Both the position numbers and the translations under genes were made by a program. DNA of 64,000 bases from Gaetbulibacter jejuensis (GTDB lineage Bacteria > Bacteroidota > Bacteroidia > Flavobacteriales > Flavobacteriaceae). Below, piece by piece: positions 29,376 to 37,020 of the stretch (its first letter is position 1; the number at the start of each line of letters is the position of its first letter). The notes beneath the pieces were generated by a model. The model worked only from the letters and a program-made list of their open reading frames with translations, did no database searches and was not told where the DNA came from. The stretch is taken from positions 551,280 through 615,279 of the forward strand of contig NZ_BAAAGF010000001.1 in assembly GCF_039524015.1 (NCBI RefSeq), in the 5' to 3' direction.

Positions 29376-29548
29376 GAAAAAAACCATTTTTTTTTGAACA
29401 AATTTTTAAGAAACTAAAATAAAGTCCATTGAAGATTAAGCGATTGAGAGACAGTCTTTTGCATGAAATCTAGAATATCTGAAGTAATTCGGACAGCCAT
29501 TTTATTGTTTTAACCTACTGAAAATCAATATTTTAAATCAAAATTTTA

Positions 29549-29580
29549 TTTGTGTATTAAAAAAATCGTTTTCATATTTG
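29549..29580 (+). promoter_or_regulatory. Promoter-like element (TTTG, N22, cATATTTGca); copy 2 of the repeated motif, followed by short ORFs (MKTDPAIKNNN; MLKYFIAFQTLSSDQVESLMRFRYFL)
   Basis: Same 27-nt motif as at 29170; an 11-codon ORF starts at 29591 and a 26-codon ORF at 29639. Confidence 0.35.
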
Positions 29581-29737
29581 CATCGCAGAAATGAAAACAG
29601 ATCCTGCAATAAAAAATAATAATTAAAAACAAGAAACCATGCTAAAGTATTTTATAGCATTTCAAACATTAAGTAGTGATCAAGTAGAATCACTCATGAG
29701 GTTTCGGTACTTTCTTTAGAATATACTTTCCAGAGAA

Positions 29738-29776
29738 AAATCCGAAGCAAAACTAACTGTTTCGGATTTTTTTATT
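29738..29776 (+). terminator. Intrinsic terminator (aaatccgaa … ttcggattt plus T-run) closing the second short transcription unit
   Basis: 9-bp stem, 14-nt loop, T7. Confidence 0.55.
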
Positions 29777-29868
29777 TCAAAAATTCAGCAATACAATTAT
29801 CCGATCAGTTTTAGAGCACACAAAAGTTGTGAGGCCTTTAAAACATTAATAATTTATGAAGTAACATC

Positions 29869-30450
29869 ATGGAAAATAATTTACATAACATCTATTTGTT
29901 TCGTGCTATTGAGGCATATCCTTGGGAATTGGAAAAAGCTGTTGAAGCACTCAATTACGCATTGTCTTACGAACCAGAAAATGTAAGAGCATTGTGCTTA
30001 ATGGCTCAGTTACAAGTAGAGCAATTAGGAGATTTTGAATTAGCAAAAAGCTACTACCAAAAGGCTTTGGCTGTAAGTCTTGAAATACCAAATGTTTATG
30101 CAGAGTACATTAGGTTTTTAATAAACTATGGTGATCTAGATGAAGCTCAGCAATTAATTGACTTTGCGTTAACTGTAAAAGGAATTGATAAAGCAATAAT
30201 TATGATAAATCAAGGATTTTTATACGAAGTAAAAGGCGAATTTGATTTAGCTGAAGAAGCTATAAAAGAAGCTAAGCTATTTGCATTAAACAATGAGTTT
30301 TTTAACTACACTGATGATGCTATTTCTAGAGTGAACAAAAAGAGAAAGTTTGTTAAAAGTAAAGAACAAAAACTCGAAAGTTCTCAAAAGAAAAATGAAG
30401 TGCAAACCAAAACTAATTGGTTTCAGAATAGGTTAAATAACTTGTTATAA
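29869..30450 (+). CDS. Hypothetical TPR-like helical repeat protein
   Basis: 193 aa, helical repeats (…ALCLMAQLQVEQLGDFELAKSYYQKALAV…); no signal peptide. Confidence 0.45.
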   Translation: MENNLHNIYLFRAIEAYPWELEKAVEALNYALSYEPENVRALCLMAQLQVEQLGDFELAKSYYQKALAVSLEIPNVYAEYIRFLINYGDLDEAQQLIDFALTVKGIDKAIIMINQGFLYEVKGEFDLAEEAIKEAKLFALNNEFFNYTDDAISRVNKKRKFVKSKEQKLESSQKKNEVQTKTNWFQNRLNNLL

Positions 30451-30469
30451 AAGAAAGGAGATTTAAAAA

Positions 30470-30539
30470 GTGTCTATGGTGTAACGGCTCGCATGAGAAG
30501 TATCGTCTTCTAGGATCAAGTTCGACTCTTGATAGACAC
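30470..30539 (+). pseudogene. tRNA-like element T1 (70 nt) with aberrant anticodon loop (6 or 8 nt); flanked by a 10-bp inverted repeat aaagtgtcta/tagacacttt
   Basis: 7-bp acceptor gtgtcta/tagacac, D-arm with GG, T-arm tcaag-ttcgact-cttga. The anticodon stem agaag/cttct encloses only tatcgt, and pairing continues 3 bp beyond the acceptor. Confidence 0.4.
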
Positions 30540-30547
30540 TTTAATTT

Positions 30548-30644
30548 GGAACAGTAGCAAAGCATGTCCTGAGCGAAGTCGAAGGGTTAGTCAATGCGAC
30601 GCACTGAAAATGCGAGGATACAGGTTCAATTTCTGTCTGTTCCA
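30548..30644 (+). pseudogene. tRNA-like element T2 (97 nt): perfect acceptor (ggaacag/ctgttcc) and T-arm (acagg-ttcaatt-tctgt), anticodon-arm-like hairpin cgca-ctGAAaa-tgcg (Phe-like), but about 25 extra nt in the D region
   Basis: Hand folding; the length and D-region insertion do not fit a canonical tRNA; CCA not encoded. Confidence 0.35.
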
Positions 30645-30808
30645 CAATAAAAGATTCCTGCCTACGCAGGAAATAGTATCAAGCTAGTCTTGTTGGGTGT
30701 TTCGGTATAGCACTATTGTATGGAAGGTTGCGGTTTCGTATCACTGTTTCATATTCAACTAGACTTGAAGGTTATGGTTTTTTACCAAAATAAAAACCAC
30801 CAGTTCTT

Positions 30809-30833
30809 GTGGGTTCGAGTCCCACTATTCAGT
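30809..30833 (+). pseudogene. Orphan tRNA 3' fragment T3: T-arm gtggg-ttcgagt-cccac plus acceptor strand tattcag, with no complementary 5' strand upstream
   Basis: Perfect T-arm and TTCGAGT loop; no ctgaata-like partner (allowing G-U pairs) within 150 nt upstream. Confidence 0.4.
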
Positions 30834-30835
30834 AT

Positions 30836-30898
30836 TTGGATATGGCGGAAATGGTAGACGCACTAGATTTCGGTTCTAGCGAACAGTTGACATTCTGT
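30836..30898 (+). pseudogene. tRNA-Leu-like 5' portion: TG, D-arm gcg-gaaatggtaga-cgc, anticodon arm ctaga-ttTCGgt-tctag, variable-arm-like hairpin acag-ttgacatt-ctgt; no matching acceptor or T-arm
   Basis: The D-arm closely matches the type-II (Leu) D-arm GCG-GAAuuGGUAGA-CGC, but the anticodon is TCG and the acceptor ttggata has no partner. Confidence 0.35.
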
Positions 30899-30918
30899 AA
30901 AAATGTCTCTTTAGTTGC

Positions 30919-30946
30919 ACAGGTTCGATTCCTGTCAAAGCCACCA
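30919..30946 (+). other. 3' half of a tRNA-Met(CAT)-type gene: T-arm acagg-ttcgatt-cctgt, acceptor strand caaagcc, discriminator A and an encoded CCA
   Basis: Near-identical to the recalled E. coli elongator tRNA-Met 3' end (ACAGGTTCGAATCCCGTCGTAGCCACCA). No 5' partner lies upstream; its perfect partner (ggctttg) lies 5 nt downstream. Confidence 0.55.
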
Positions 30947-30951
30947 TTTTA

Positions 30952-30997
30952 GGCTTTGTAGCTCAGTTTGGTTAGAGCACTACACTCATAATGTAGG
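30952..30997 (+). other. 5' half of tRNA-Met/Ile2 (anticodon CAT): acceptor ggctttg, D-arm gctc-agtttggtta-gagc, anticodon arm ctaca-ctCATaa-tgtag; it breaks off after position 44 and no 3' half lies downstream
   Basis: Canonical 5' cloverleaf elements; the downstream 450 nt contain no T-arm and no caaagcc. Confidence 0.55.
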
Positions 30998-31451
30998 ATG
31001 AAGCTTATCACCTTGTAAAACTGATAGCAATGCAGTTGGTCAAAACTGCTCATCAAAAATTGACAAAATAGTCAGGTTGTAAATCAGCAAGTAATAAATC
31101 AAAAGGTTTTTTGACGAGCAATCTTGAAAGTACCTTGAAATACTGATTTGTAATATACTAAAGCTAAATTGGTTTTGTAGTTAGATTATCAACTAGAGTC
31201 ATGCATTTGATTTCGCATTTTTAATCCCATTGCTCAACACGTTTAGTTGCAGTTATTACTATGAGTATTTCCGTACCGAAAAGATGATTTGCAATCTGCT
31301 ATTTTAATTAAAAGAGAATGAAAATTTAAAAATAAACTTCAAAACCAAATGAACTCGTTATTTGGCGATGAAGCAGGCAACCCTTCCGTTACAGGTTTTG
31401 CCACGTCCATAGTGGGCAAATTAGAATGTTTAATTTAAATAATTAGAAACA

Positions 31452-32549
31452 ATGAAACGAGTAAGAATTAATGCAGGAAAAGTAGGTTTGGTTTTCAAAA
31501 AAGGTGATTACTTAAGAGTAATTACACAAGGAAAACACTGGCTAGGTTTTAATCAACGTGTATTGATGTATGACCTTGCTAATACCTTTGTGGCTCCAGT
31601 AGCGTTAGAACTCTTACTAAAAGACGAAACGCTAAAAGCAATGTTAGACGTTGTTGAGGTTAAAGATGGAGAACTAGTTTTAGTTTACGAAAAAGGTAAC
31701 TTCAAAACGGTTTTAACTGCTGGACGCTACGTGTACTGGAAGGGTTTGATTGAGCGTGAGTTTGTACGTGCCGATTTGAGCAAGATTTATATTACTGAAA
31801 AAATTGACAAGTCACTATTCAGCAATTATGAATTGAGCAAATACATTCGCGCATTTGAAGTTGCAACTTATGAAAAAGCAGTGCTTTTGGTTGATGATAT
31901 GTATACCAAAACTTTAGATGGAGGTACATACAGATTCTGGCGAAACGATACAACCATTAAAATCGCTAAAGCCGATTTGCGTCAATTGCAATTGGAAATT
32001 TCTGGTCAGGAATTGTTGACAAAAGACAAAGCTGCAATCCGTATCAACTTTTATACACAGTATAAAGTTACAGATATTGAAAAAGCACTTTTGGAAAACA
32101 AAGACTACGAAAAGCAATTGTACATTACAATGCAGTTAGCGTTGCGTGCTTATGTTGGAGCTTACACTTTGGATGAATTGTTAGAGCGTAAAGATAATAT
32201 TGCAGAAGCAGTGTTTGAAGACGTAAAAGCAAGTGCAACCAAGTTGGGTGTAAACGTTTTGAACTGCGGTATTAGAGATGTGATTTTAACAGGTGAAATG
32301 AAAGAAATCATGAACCAGGTTTTAGTTGCTCAAAAGCGCGCTCAAGCCAATATTATTACACGTCGTGAAGAAACAGCTTCTACACGTAGTTTGCTAAACA
32401 CAGCAAAACTAATGGAAGAAAACGATATGTTGTATAAGCTTAAAGAGATGGAGTATGTTGAAAAAATTGCCGATAAAATTGGCGAAATTACTGTAGCAGG
32501 TAATGGCAACATCGTAACACAATTGAAAGAGATTTTCTCTGGAAAATAG
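31452..32549 (+). CDS. SPFH/band-7 (stomatin/prohibitin-like) domain protein with about 170-aa N-terminal extension and no obvious TM
   Basis: C-terminal half shows SPFH-like features (…KDKAAIRINFYTQYKV…, …RDVILTGEMKEIMNQVLVAQKRAQANII… coiled-coil). Confidence 0.55.
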   Translation: MKRVRINAGKVGLVFKKGDYLRVITQGKHWLGFNQRVLMYDLANTFVAPVALELLLKDETLKAMLDVVEVKDGELVLVYEKGNFKTVLTAGRYVYWKGLIEREFVRADLSKIYITEKIDKSLFSNYELSKYIRAFEVATYEKAVLLVDDMYTKTLDGGTYRFWRNDTTIKIAKADLRQLQLEISGQELLTKDKAAIRINFYTQYKVTDIEKALLENKDYEKQLYITMQLALRAYVGAYTLDELLERKDNIAEAVFEDVKASATKLGVNVLNCGIRDVILTGEMKEIMNQVLVAQKRAQANIITRREETASTRSLLNTAKLMEENDMLYKLKEMEYVEKIADKIGEITVAGNGNIVTQLKEIFSGK

Positions 32550-32566
32550 GTGGTGTAAAAAAAATG

Positions 32567-32602
32567 CGTTAGAAATTTCTAACGCATTTTTTATGCAACT
32601 TT
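32567..32602. terminator. Bidirectional intrinsic terminator (perfect palindrome aatgcgttagaaa/tttctaacgcatt)
   Basis: A-run, 13-bp stem, T-run; follows the SPFH gene. Confidence 0.7.
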
Positions 32603-32842
32603 TTTAAGTAAATCAAAGCAAGGACATTTGCCACAACGCTTGTTTTCACCTTTTTTATATTTTTCACAACACTTGCTTTTTACCTTGTTAGCATTAATAA
32701 TACCTGCTTTATGTAAGGTTTTTAAAGCTTTTTTTTGTTGTTTTTTTTCTTTTTTCTTCTTGCCCAACGGTTACTAACTTGTAGAATATGAGGCAAAAAT
32801 AAATTATTTTAATTAATTCTAAATAAAATTAACTGTTAAAAA

Positions 32843-33361
32843 TTATTCAGGGCTTTCAGAAGCAGCTGTGCTTATTGTTATTTGTTGAATATCTCTATCA
32901 AATAAGTACAAGCCACCTTTATCGTCTCCTATCATATTTATTTTATCAAGAATTGTACGAGCCATTGCTTCTTCTTCTATTTGTTCGCTTACATACCATT
33001 GTAAGAAGTTGTGAGTAGAATAGTCTTTTTCTTGTAACGCAATATGCACTAACTCATTAATACTTTCTGATACAAATACTTCGTGTTCAAATAGTTTTTC
33101 AAACATTTCCTTAAAGGATTTAAAGGTCACATTTGGTGCATTTAAGGCAGATACATGAGCGTGTCCACCACGTTCGTTTACATATCTAACTAGTTTGAGC
33201 ATATGCGCACGTTCTTCATCAGATTGTGAGTACATAAAACCAGCAACTCCTTCAAGTCCTTTTACTTCAGCCCAACAAGCCATAGCTAAATAGATTTGAG
33301 AAGATTCGGCTTCAACTCTAATTTGATCATTTAACGCTTTTTCTATTTTTTTTGATAACAT
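32843..33361 (-). CDS. ftnA: Non-heme ferritin (ferritin-like diiron domain)
   Basis: 172 aa; ferroxidase ligand pattern E…ExxH…E…QxxE (…EAESSQIYLAMACWAE…EERAHMLKL…LQWYVSEQIEEE…). Confidence 0.8.
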   Translation of the reverse strand: MLSKKIEKALNDQIRVEAESSQIYLAMACWAEVKGLEGVAGFMYSQSDEERAHMLKLVRYVNERGGHAHVSALNAPNVTFKSFKEMFEKLFEHEVFVSESINELVHIALQEKDYSTHNFLQWYVSEQIEEEAMARTILDKINMIGDDKGGLYLFDRDIQQITISTAASESPE

Positions 33362-33433
33362 AATGTCTTTCTTTTTACGTAAAGTTAAGCATTTTTAAGC
33401 GTTAAAGATGTTAGAATAATTTTAAATTAGAAC

Positions 33434-33763
33434 TTAATGTTGAGACACAAATTTTAGTCCAACAATAGAGATAATTAAGGTTGAAATAAAAAAGACACGC
33501 CAAAAATTAGCAGGTTCGTTAAACACAAAAATGCCAACCAAAACAGTGCCTACAGCACCAATACCTGTCCAAACTGCATAAGCAGTTCCTATAGGTAAGG
33601 TTTGGGTGGCTTTTACCAAAAGCCACATACTAATAGCTAAACATAATAAAAACCCTAAAAACCAATAGGTAGACGTGTTTCCTGAGGTTTCTTTTACCTT
33701 TCCTAAACAAAAAGCAAAGGCAACTTCAAATAATCCTGCGATAATTAAGATGATCCAATTCAT
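33434..33763 (-). CDS. sugE: SMR family small multidrug/quaternary-ammonium efflux protein (SugE/EmrE-like)
   Basis: 109 aa, four TM helices, conserved membrane-embedded Glu (…AGLFEVAFA…). Confidence 0.75.
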   Translation of the reverse strand: MNWIILIIAGLFEVAFAFCLGKVKETSGNTSTYWFLGFLLCLAISMWLLVKATQTLPIGTAYAVWTGIGAVGTVLVGIFVFNEPANFWRVFFISTLIISIVGLKFVSQH

Positions 33764-35886
33764 GATTTATGTAGTTTTAATTGAATGCGCTTACGCGGAA
33801 TATCAACCTCTAAAACTTTTACAATGACCTGTTCGTGCAAACTAATATGCGCACTAACATCACTTACAAAACCATCTGACAAGTTTGAAATATGAATTAA
33901 GCCGCTTTCTTTAATTCCAATATCAACAAAAGCTCCAAAATTGGTTACATTATTGACAATTCCTGGAAGCAATTGACCTTCTTGTACATCATTGATGGTT
34001 TTTATGTTTTGATTAAAGGTAAACACTTTGGCTTGTTCTCTAATATCCAAACCTGGTTTTTCAAGTTCTTTTACGATGTCTTTAAGTGTTGGCAAACCAA
34101 CGGTATCTGTACAATAGGGTTTTAAATCAATACCATTTAAAACGGCAGAATTCCCTATAAGCTCTGAAACACGTTTTCCTTCATTTTTTGCAATAGCTTT
34201 TACAATACTATAGCTTTCAGGATGCACAGCAGAATCGTCTAACGGATTTTTTGCATCTTTAATTCTTAAGAATGCCGATCCTTGCTCAAAAGCTTTATCT
34301 CCTAAACGTGGTACTTTTTTTAAATCGGTTCTTGATGAAAATGCACCATGTTCATCACGATAACTCACAATGTTTTCGGCTAATTTAGGGCCAATTCCAG
34401 ACACATAACTCAACAAACTTTTACTTGCTGTATTTAGATTAACGCCAACAGCATTCACGCAACTTTCTACAACAGTATCTAGTTCGGTTTTTAGCTTAGT
34501 TTGATCAACATCATGCTGATATTGACCAACACCAATAGATTTTGCATCAATCTTAACCAACTCTGCCAACGGATCTTGCAAACGACGACCAATAGAAACT
34601 GCACCTCTTACCGTAACATCGTAATTAGGAAACTCGTCTCTAGCAATTTTTGAAGCCGAATAAATACTAGCTCCTGCTTCACTTACCACAAATACTTGAA
34701 TATCATTTTTAAAACGAATACGTCTGATAATTGATTCTGTTTCGCGCGAAGCGGTTCCGTTTCCAATAGCAATAGCTTCAATATTATATGCTTCGGCAAG
34801 TGTGCTTATTTTTTTTATTGCGCCTGTGCTATCGTTTTTAGGTGCATGCGGATAAATGGTTTCATTGTGTTTAAGTTGCCCTTGCGCATCTAAACACACT
34901 ACTTTACAACCGGTTCTAAAACCAGGATCTATAGCTAAAATACGTTTTTCTCCTAATGGTGAACCCAATAACAATTGTTTTAGGTTTTTTGCAAAAACAG
35001 TTATCGCAGCTTCATCGGCTTTTTCTTTGGCATTTTGTAACGCTTCATTGCTCAATGATGGCAACAATAAGCGTTTGTATGCATCTTTTATAGCAATCTC
35101 GATTTGGTCGGAACACGCATTGTCAGATTTTATAATACGTTGTGCTATTTTATCTAAAGCACGTTCATCATCAATTTCAATTTTCACACGAATAAAACCT
35201 TCGTTTTCGGCACGTAAAATAGCTAACAAACGATGTGAAGGAATACGACTCAACGACTCGCTCCAATCAAAATAATCTCGGAATTTTTGAGCATCTTCTT
35301 CATTAACTTTCTTTTTAACAACTTTAGTTGCAATGGTTGCAAAACGTTCTAATTGATAACGAATATTGTTTCTTACGTCAGTACGTTCATTAATCCATTC
35401 GGCAATAATATGTCGCGCGCCTTCTAGAGCATCATCAACCGAACCAACAGCATCTTTTACATATTTATATGCTATGCTTTCAATATCGTGAGCGTTTTGA
35501 CTCATTATGATTTTAGCTAAAGGTTCTAATCCGCTAGCTTTAGCAGTATCAGCTTTTGTTTTTCGGCTTTTTTTGTATGGCAAGTAAATATCTTCAAGTG
35601 TTGTAATATCTTGAGCATTGTTTACTTTTTGCTCTAATTCTGACGTTAAAACATCTTGTTCTTCAAGTGCTTTTAAAATGGCTGTTTTACGTTTTTCAAG
35701 CGCCTCAAAGAGTTCTTTGTATTTTACAATATCACCTATTTGAACTTCGTCCAGATTTCCTGTAGCTTCTTTTCTGTAACGTGAAATAAACGGAACAGTA
35801 CACGCATCGTTAAGCAAGCTAATGGTGTTTTTTACTGATAATTCTGGAAAGTTAGTGTTTTTGGTAATATATGAGAGTAGAGACAT
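33760..35886 (-). CDS. tex: Tex-like RNA-binding transcription accessory protein (HTH, YqgF/RNase H-like, HhH, S1 domains)
   Basis: About 708 aa; C-terminal S1 domain (…GQLLPGIVNNVTNFGAFVDIG…GLIHISNLSD…), internal YqgF and HhH regions. The ORF track start (36000) precedes the likely Met at 35886 (MSLLSYITKN…). Confidence 0.8.
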   Translation of the reverse strand: MSLLSYITKNTNFPELSVKNTISLLNDACTVPFISRYRKEATGNLDEVQIGDIVKYKELFEALEKRKTAILKALEEQDVLTSELEQKVNNAQDITTLEDIYLPYKKSRKTKADTAKASGLEPLAKIIMSQNAHDIESIAYKYVKDAVGSVDDALEGARHIIAEWINERTDVRNNIRYQLERFATIATKVVKKKVNEEDAQKFRDYFDWSESLSRIPSHRLLAILRAENEGFIRVKIEIDDERALDKIAQRIIKSDNACSDQIEIAIKDAYKRLLLPSLSNEALQNAKEKADEAAITVFAKNLKQLLLGSPLGEKRILAIDPGFRTGCKVVCLDAQGQLKHNETIYPHAPKNDSTGAIKKISTLAEAYNIEAIAIGNGTASRETESIIRRIRFKNDIQVFVVSEAGASIYSASKIARDEFPNYDVTVRGAVSIGRRLQDPLAELVKIDAKSIGVGQYQHDVDQTKLKTELDTVVESCVNAVGVNLNTASKSLLSYVSGIGPKLAENIVSYRDEHGAFSSRTDLKKVPRLGDKAFEQGSAFLRIKDAKNPLDDSAVHPESYSIVKAIAKNEGKRVSELIGNSAVLNGIDLKPYCTDTVGLPTLKDIVKELEKPGLDIREQAKVFTFNQNIKTINDVQEGQLLPGIVNNVTNFGAFVDIGIKESGLIHISNLSDGFVSDVSAHISLHEQVIVKVLEVDIPRKRIQLKLHKS

Positions 35887-36005
35887 AAAATGACTTTCTT
35901 TTTTGTAGGCTGTAAAAATATAAAAGATAATGATAGAAGTAGGGCAAATGTCGTATTGTAACAAATAAGTTGAGCATATATTTTTACAGATTATATACAA
36001 AAATT

Positions 36006-37013
36006 ATGGTACTTAAACACATTTTGCTGACTTTCAGCTTTTTTTTAATCTCTTTAAATCATCTGCAAGCGCAATCGCTACCAAAAGTTACTACTCAAGA
36101 TTATGGGTTTTTACAACCTGTTAATATAGTAGAAACTGTTAGTTATAATCTTGATAAAGAACCAATAGAGAAATCAACGTATCGATTCAGTAAGGATGGA
36201 TTTATAGACAATTATCACATTCAGAATTTTAAAGATAATACTTGGTCAACATCAAAAAACACTTATAAAAAAGGTAAGCTACATAAACGTGTTTTTGAGT
36301 TTAGTAATTCAAAAGAAAACAGAAAGCATACGTACAAATACAATGGAGAAGGGCAGCTTGTGGAAGAAACCATTAAGTTGAAAAATGGTAGTAGTCATAA
36401 TACATTTAGCTACCAAAACGAGTTACTATACCAAACGACATCTATAGAAAACAACACAGTCACTACATACTATTACTCTAATAAAGGGAAACTTTATAAA
36501 GCTATTAGAACTCAAAAGAATGAAAATCAAACAGAGATAACTACAAACTACTATTATCTTGAAAATAAAGAAATTACTTCGTATGTATCACCTAAACAAC
36601 GTTTTGAAGTAACTTCTTATTTAGAGAATTTTATATTAAAGTTTGATTTAAGTGACAACGAAAATGCAACCGAAAGACTCATGAAAGGTATGCAACGATT
36701 TGACAAAGAAGCTCCTTTAGATAATTTACCTTTTAATTTAGAGCAATATTCAAATCAAACCACACAGTTTTATGGAAAACACAAGGATAAACTAACACTT
36801 ACACAAGTATTGTTGTTTGATTATAAAACCGATGCGCAAGGAAATAAAATTGCTTATGCCGAAGCTGATATCGATTTAAACACAAATACTATTGCAGGTA
36901 TTAGATTTTATAAAACAACCTTATCTAATGGAGAAGTTATAGGTGATACCAAATATGATGATGAAGTACAAGCAAAGTTTGAAGATATGTTGTCGGCTAT
37001 AAATTCGTTTTAA
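36006..37013 (+). CDS. Hypothetical secreted protein with degenerate Tyr/Asn-rich internal repeats
   Basis: Signal peptide (MVLKHILLTFSFFLISLNHLQAQ); recurring …Y.YN..G.L… / …TYYYSNKGKLYK… repeat units; no domain recognised. Confidence 0.4.
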   Translation: MVLKHILLTFSFFLISLNHLQAQSLPKVTTQDYGFLQPVNIVETVSYNLDKEPIEKSTYRFSKDGFIDNYHIQNFKDNTWSTSKNTYKKGKLHKRVFEFSNSKENRKHTYKYNGEGQLVEETIKLKNGSSHNTFSYQNELLYQTTSIENNTVTTYYYSNKGKLYKAIRTQKNENQTEITTNYYYLENKEITSYVSPKQRFEVTSYLENFILKFDLSDNENATERLMKGMQRFDKEAPLDNLPFNLEQYSNQTTQFYGKHKDKLTLTQVLLFDYKTDAQGNKIAYAEADIDLNTNTIAGIRFYKTTLSNGEVIGDTKYDDEVQAKFEDMLSAINSF

Positions 37014-37020
37014 TAAGCTT

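Noticed and set aside
30548-30644. Considered tRNA-Sec (selC) for the 97-nt T2 element
   Set aside because: It has no TCA anticodon in a plausible loop. The acceptor is 7 bp (an 8th pair is only possible using a 5' U). The D-stem is not the 6-bp type. Selenoprotein machinery is not indicated.
30836-30950. Considered whether the T-arm plus ACCA end and the upstream structured region represent a tmRNA (ssrA), possibly a permuted two-piece tmRNA
   Set aside because: No tag-peptide reading frame (…ALAA-type) and no resume-codon context, and no pseudoknot-like tmRNA body. The adjoining 5' half has full D and anticodon arms, which tmRNA lacks.
30952-31450. Considered a group I intron interrupting tRNA-Met(CAT)
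   Set aside because: Bacterial tRNA group I introns sit in the anticodon loop. Here the anticodon arm is intact and the break is in the variable loop. No 3' exon (T-arm or caaagcc) exists downstream. The matching 3' half is upstream instead.
29000-31450. Considered an integrated mobile element, prophage remnant or CRISPR array in the protein-poor region
   Set aside because: There is no integrase, transposase, phage-like gene or cas gene. The only repeats are two copies of a 27-nt promoter-like motif, not a spacer-repeat array.
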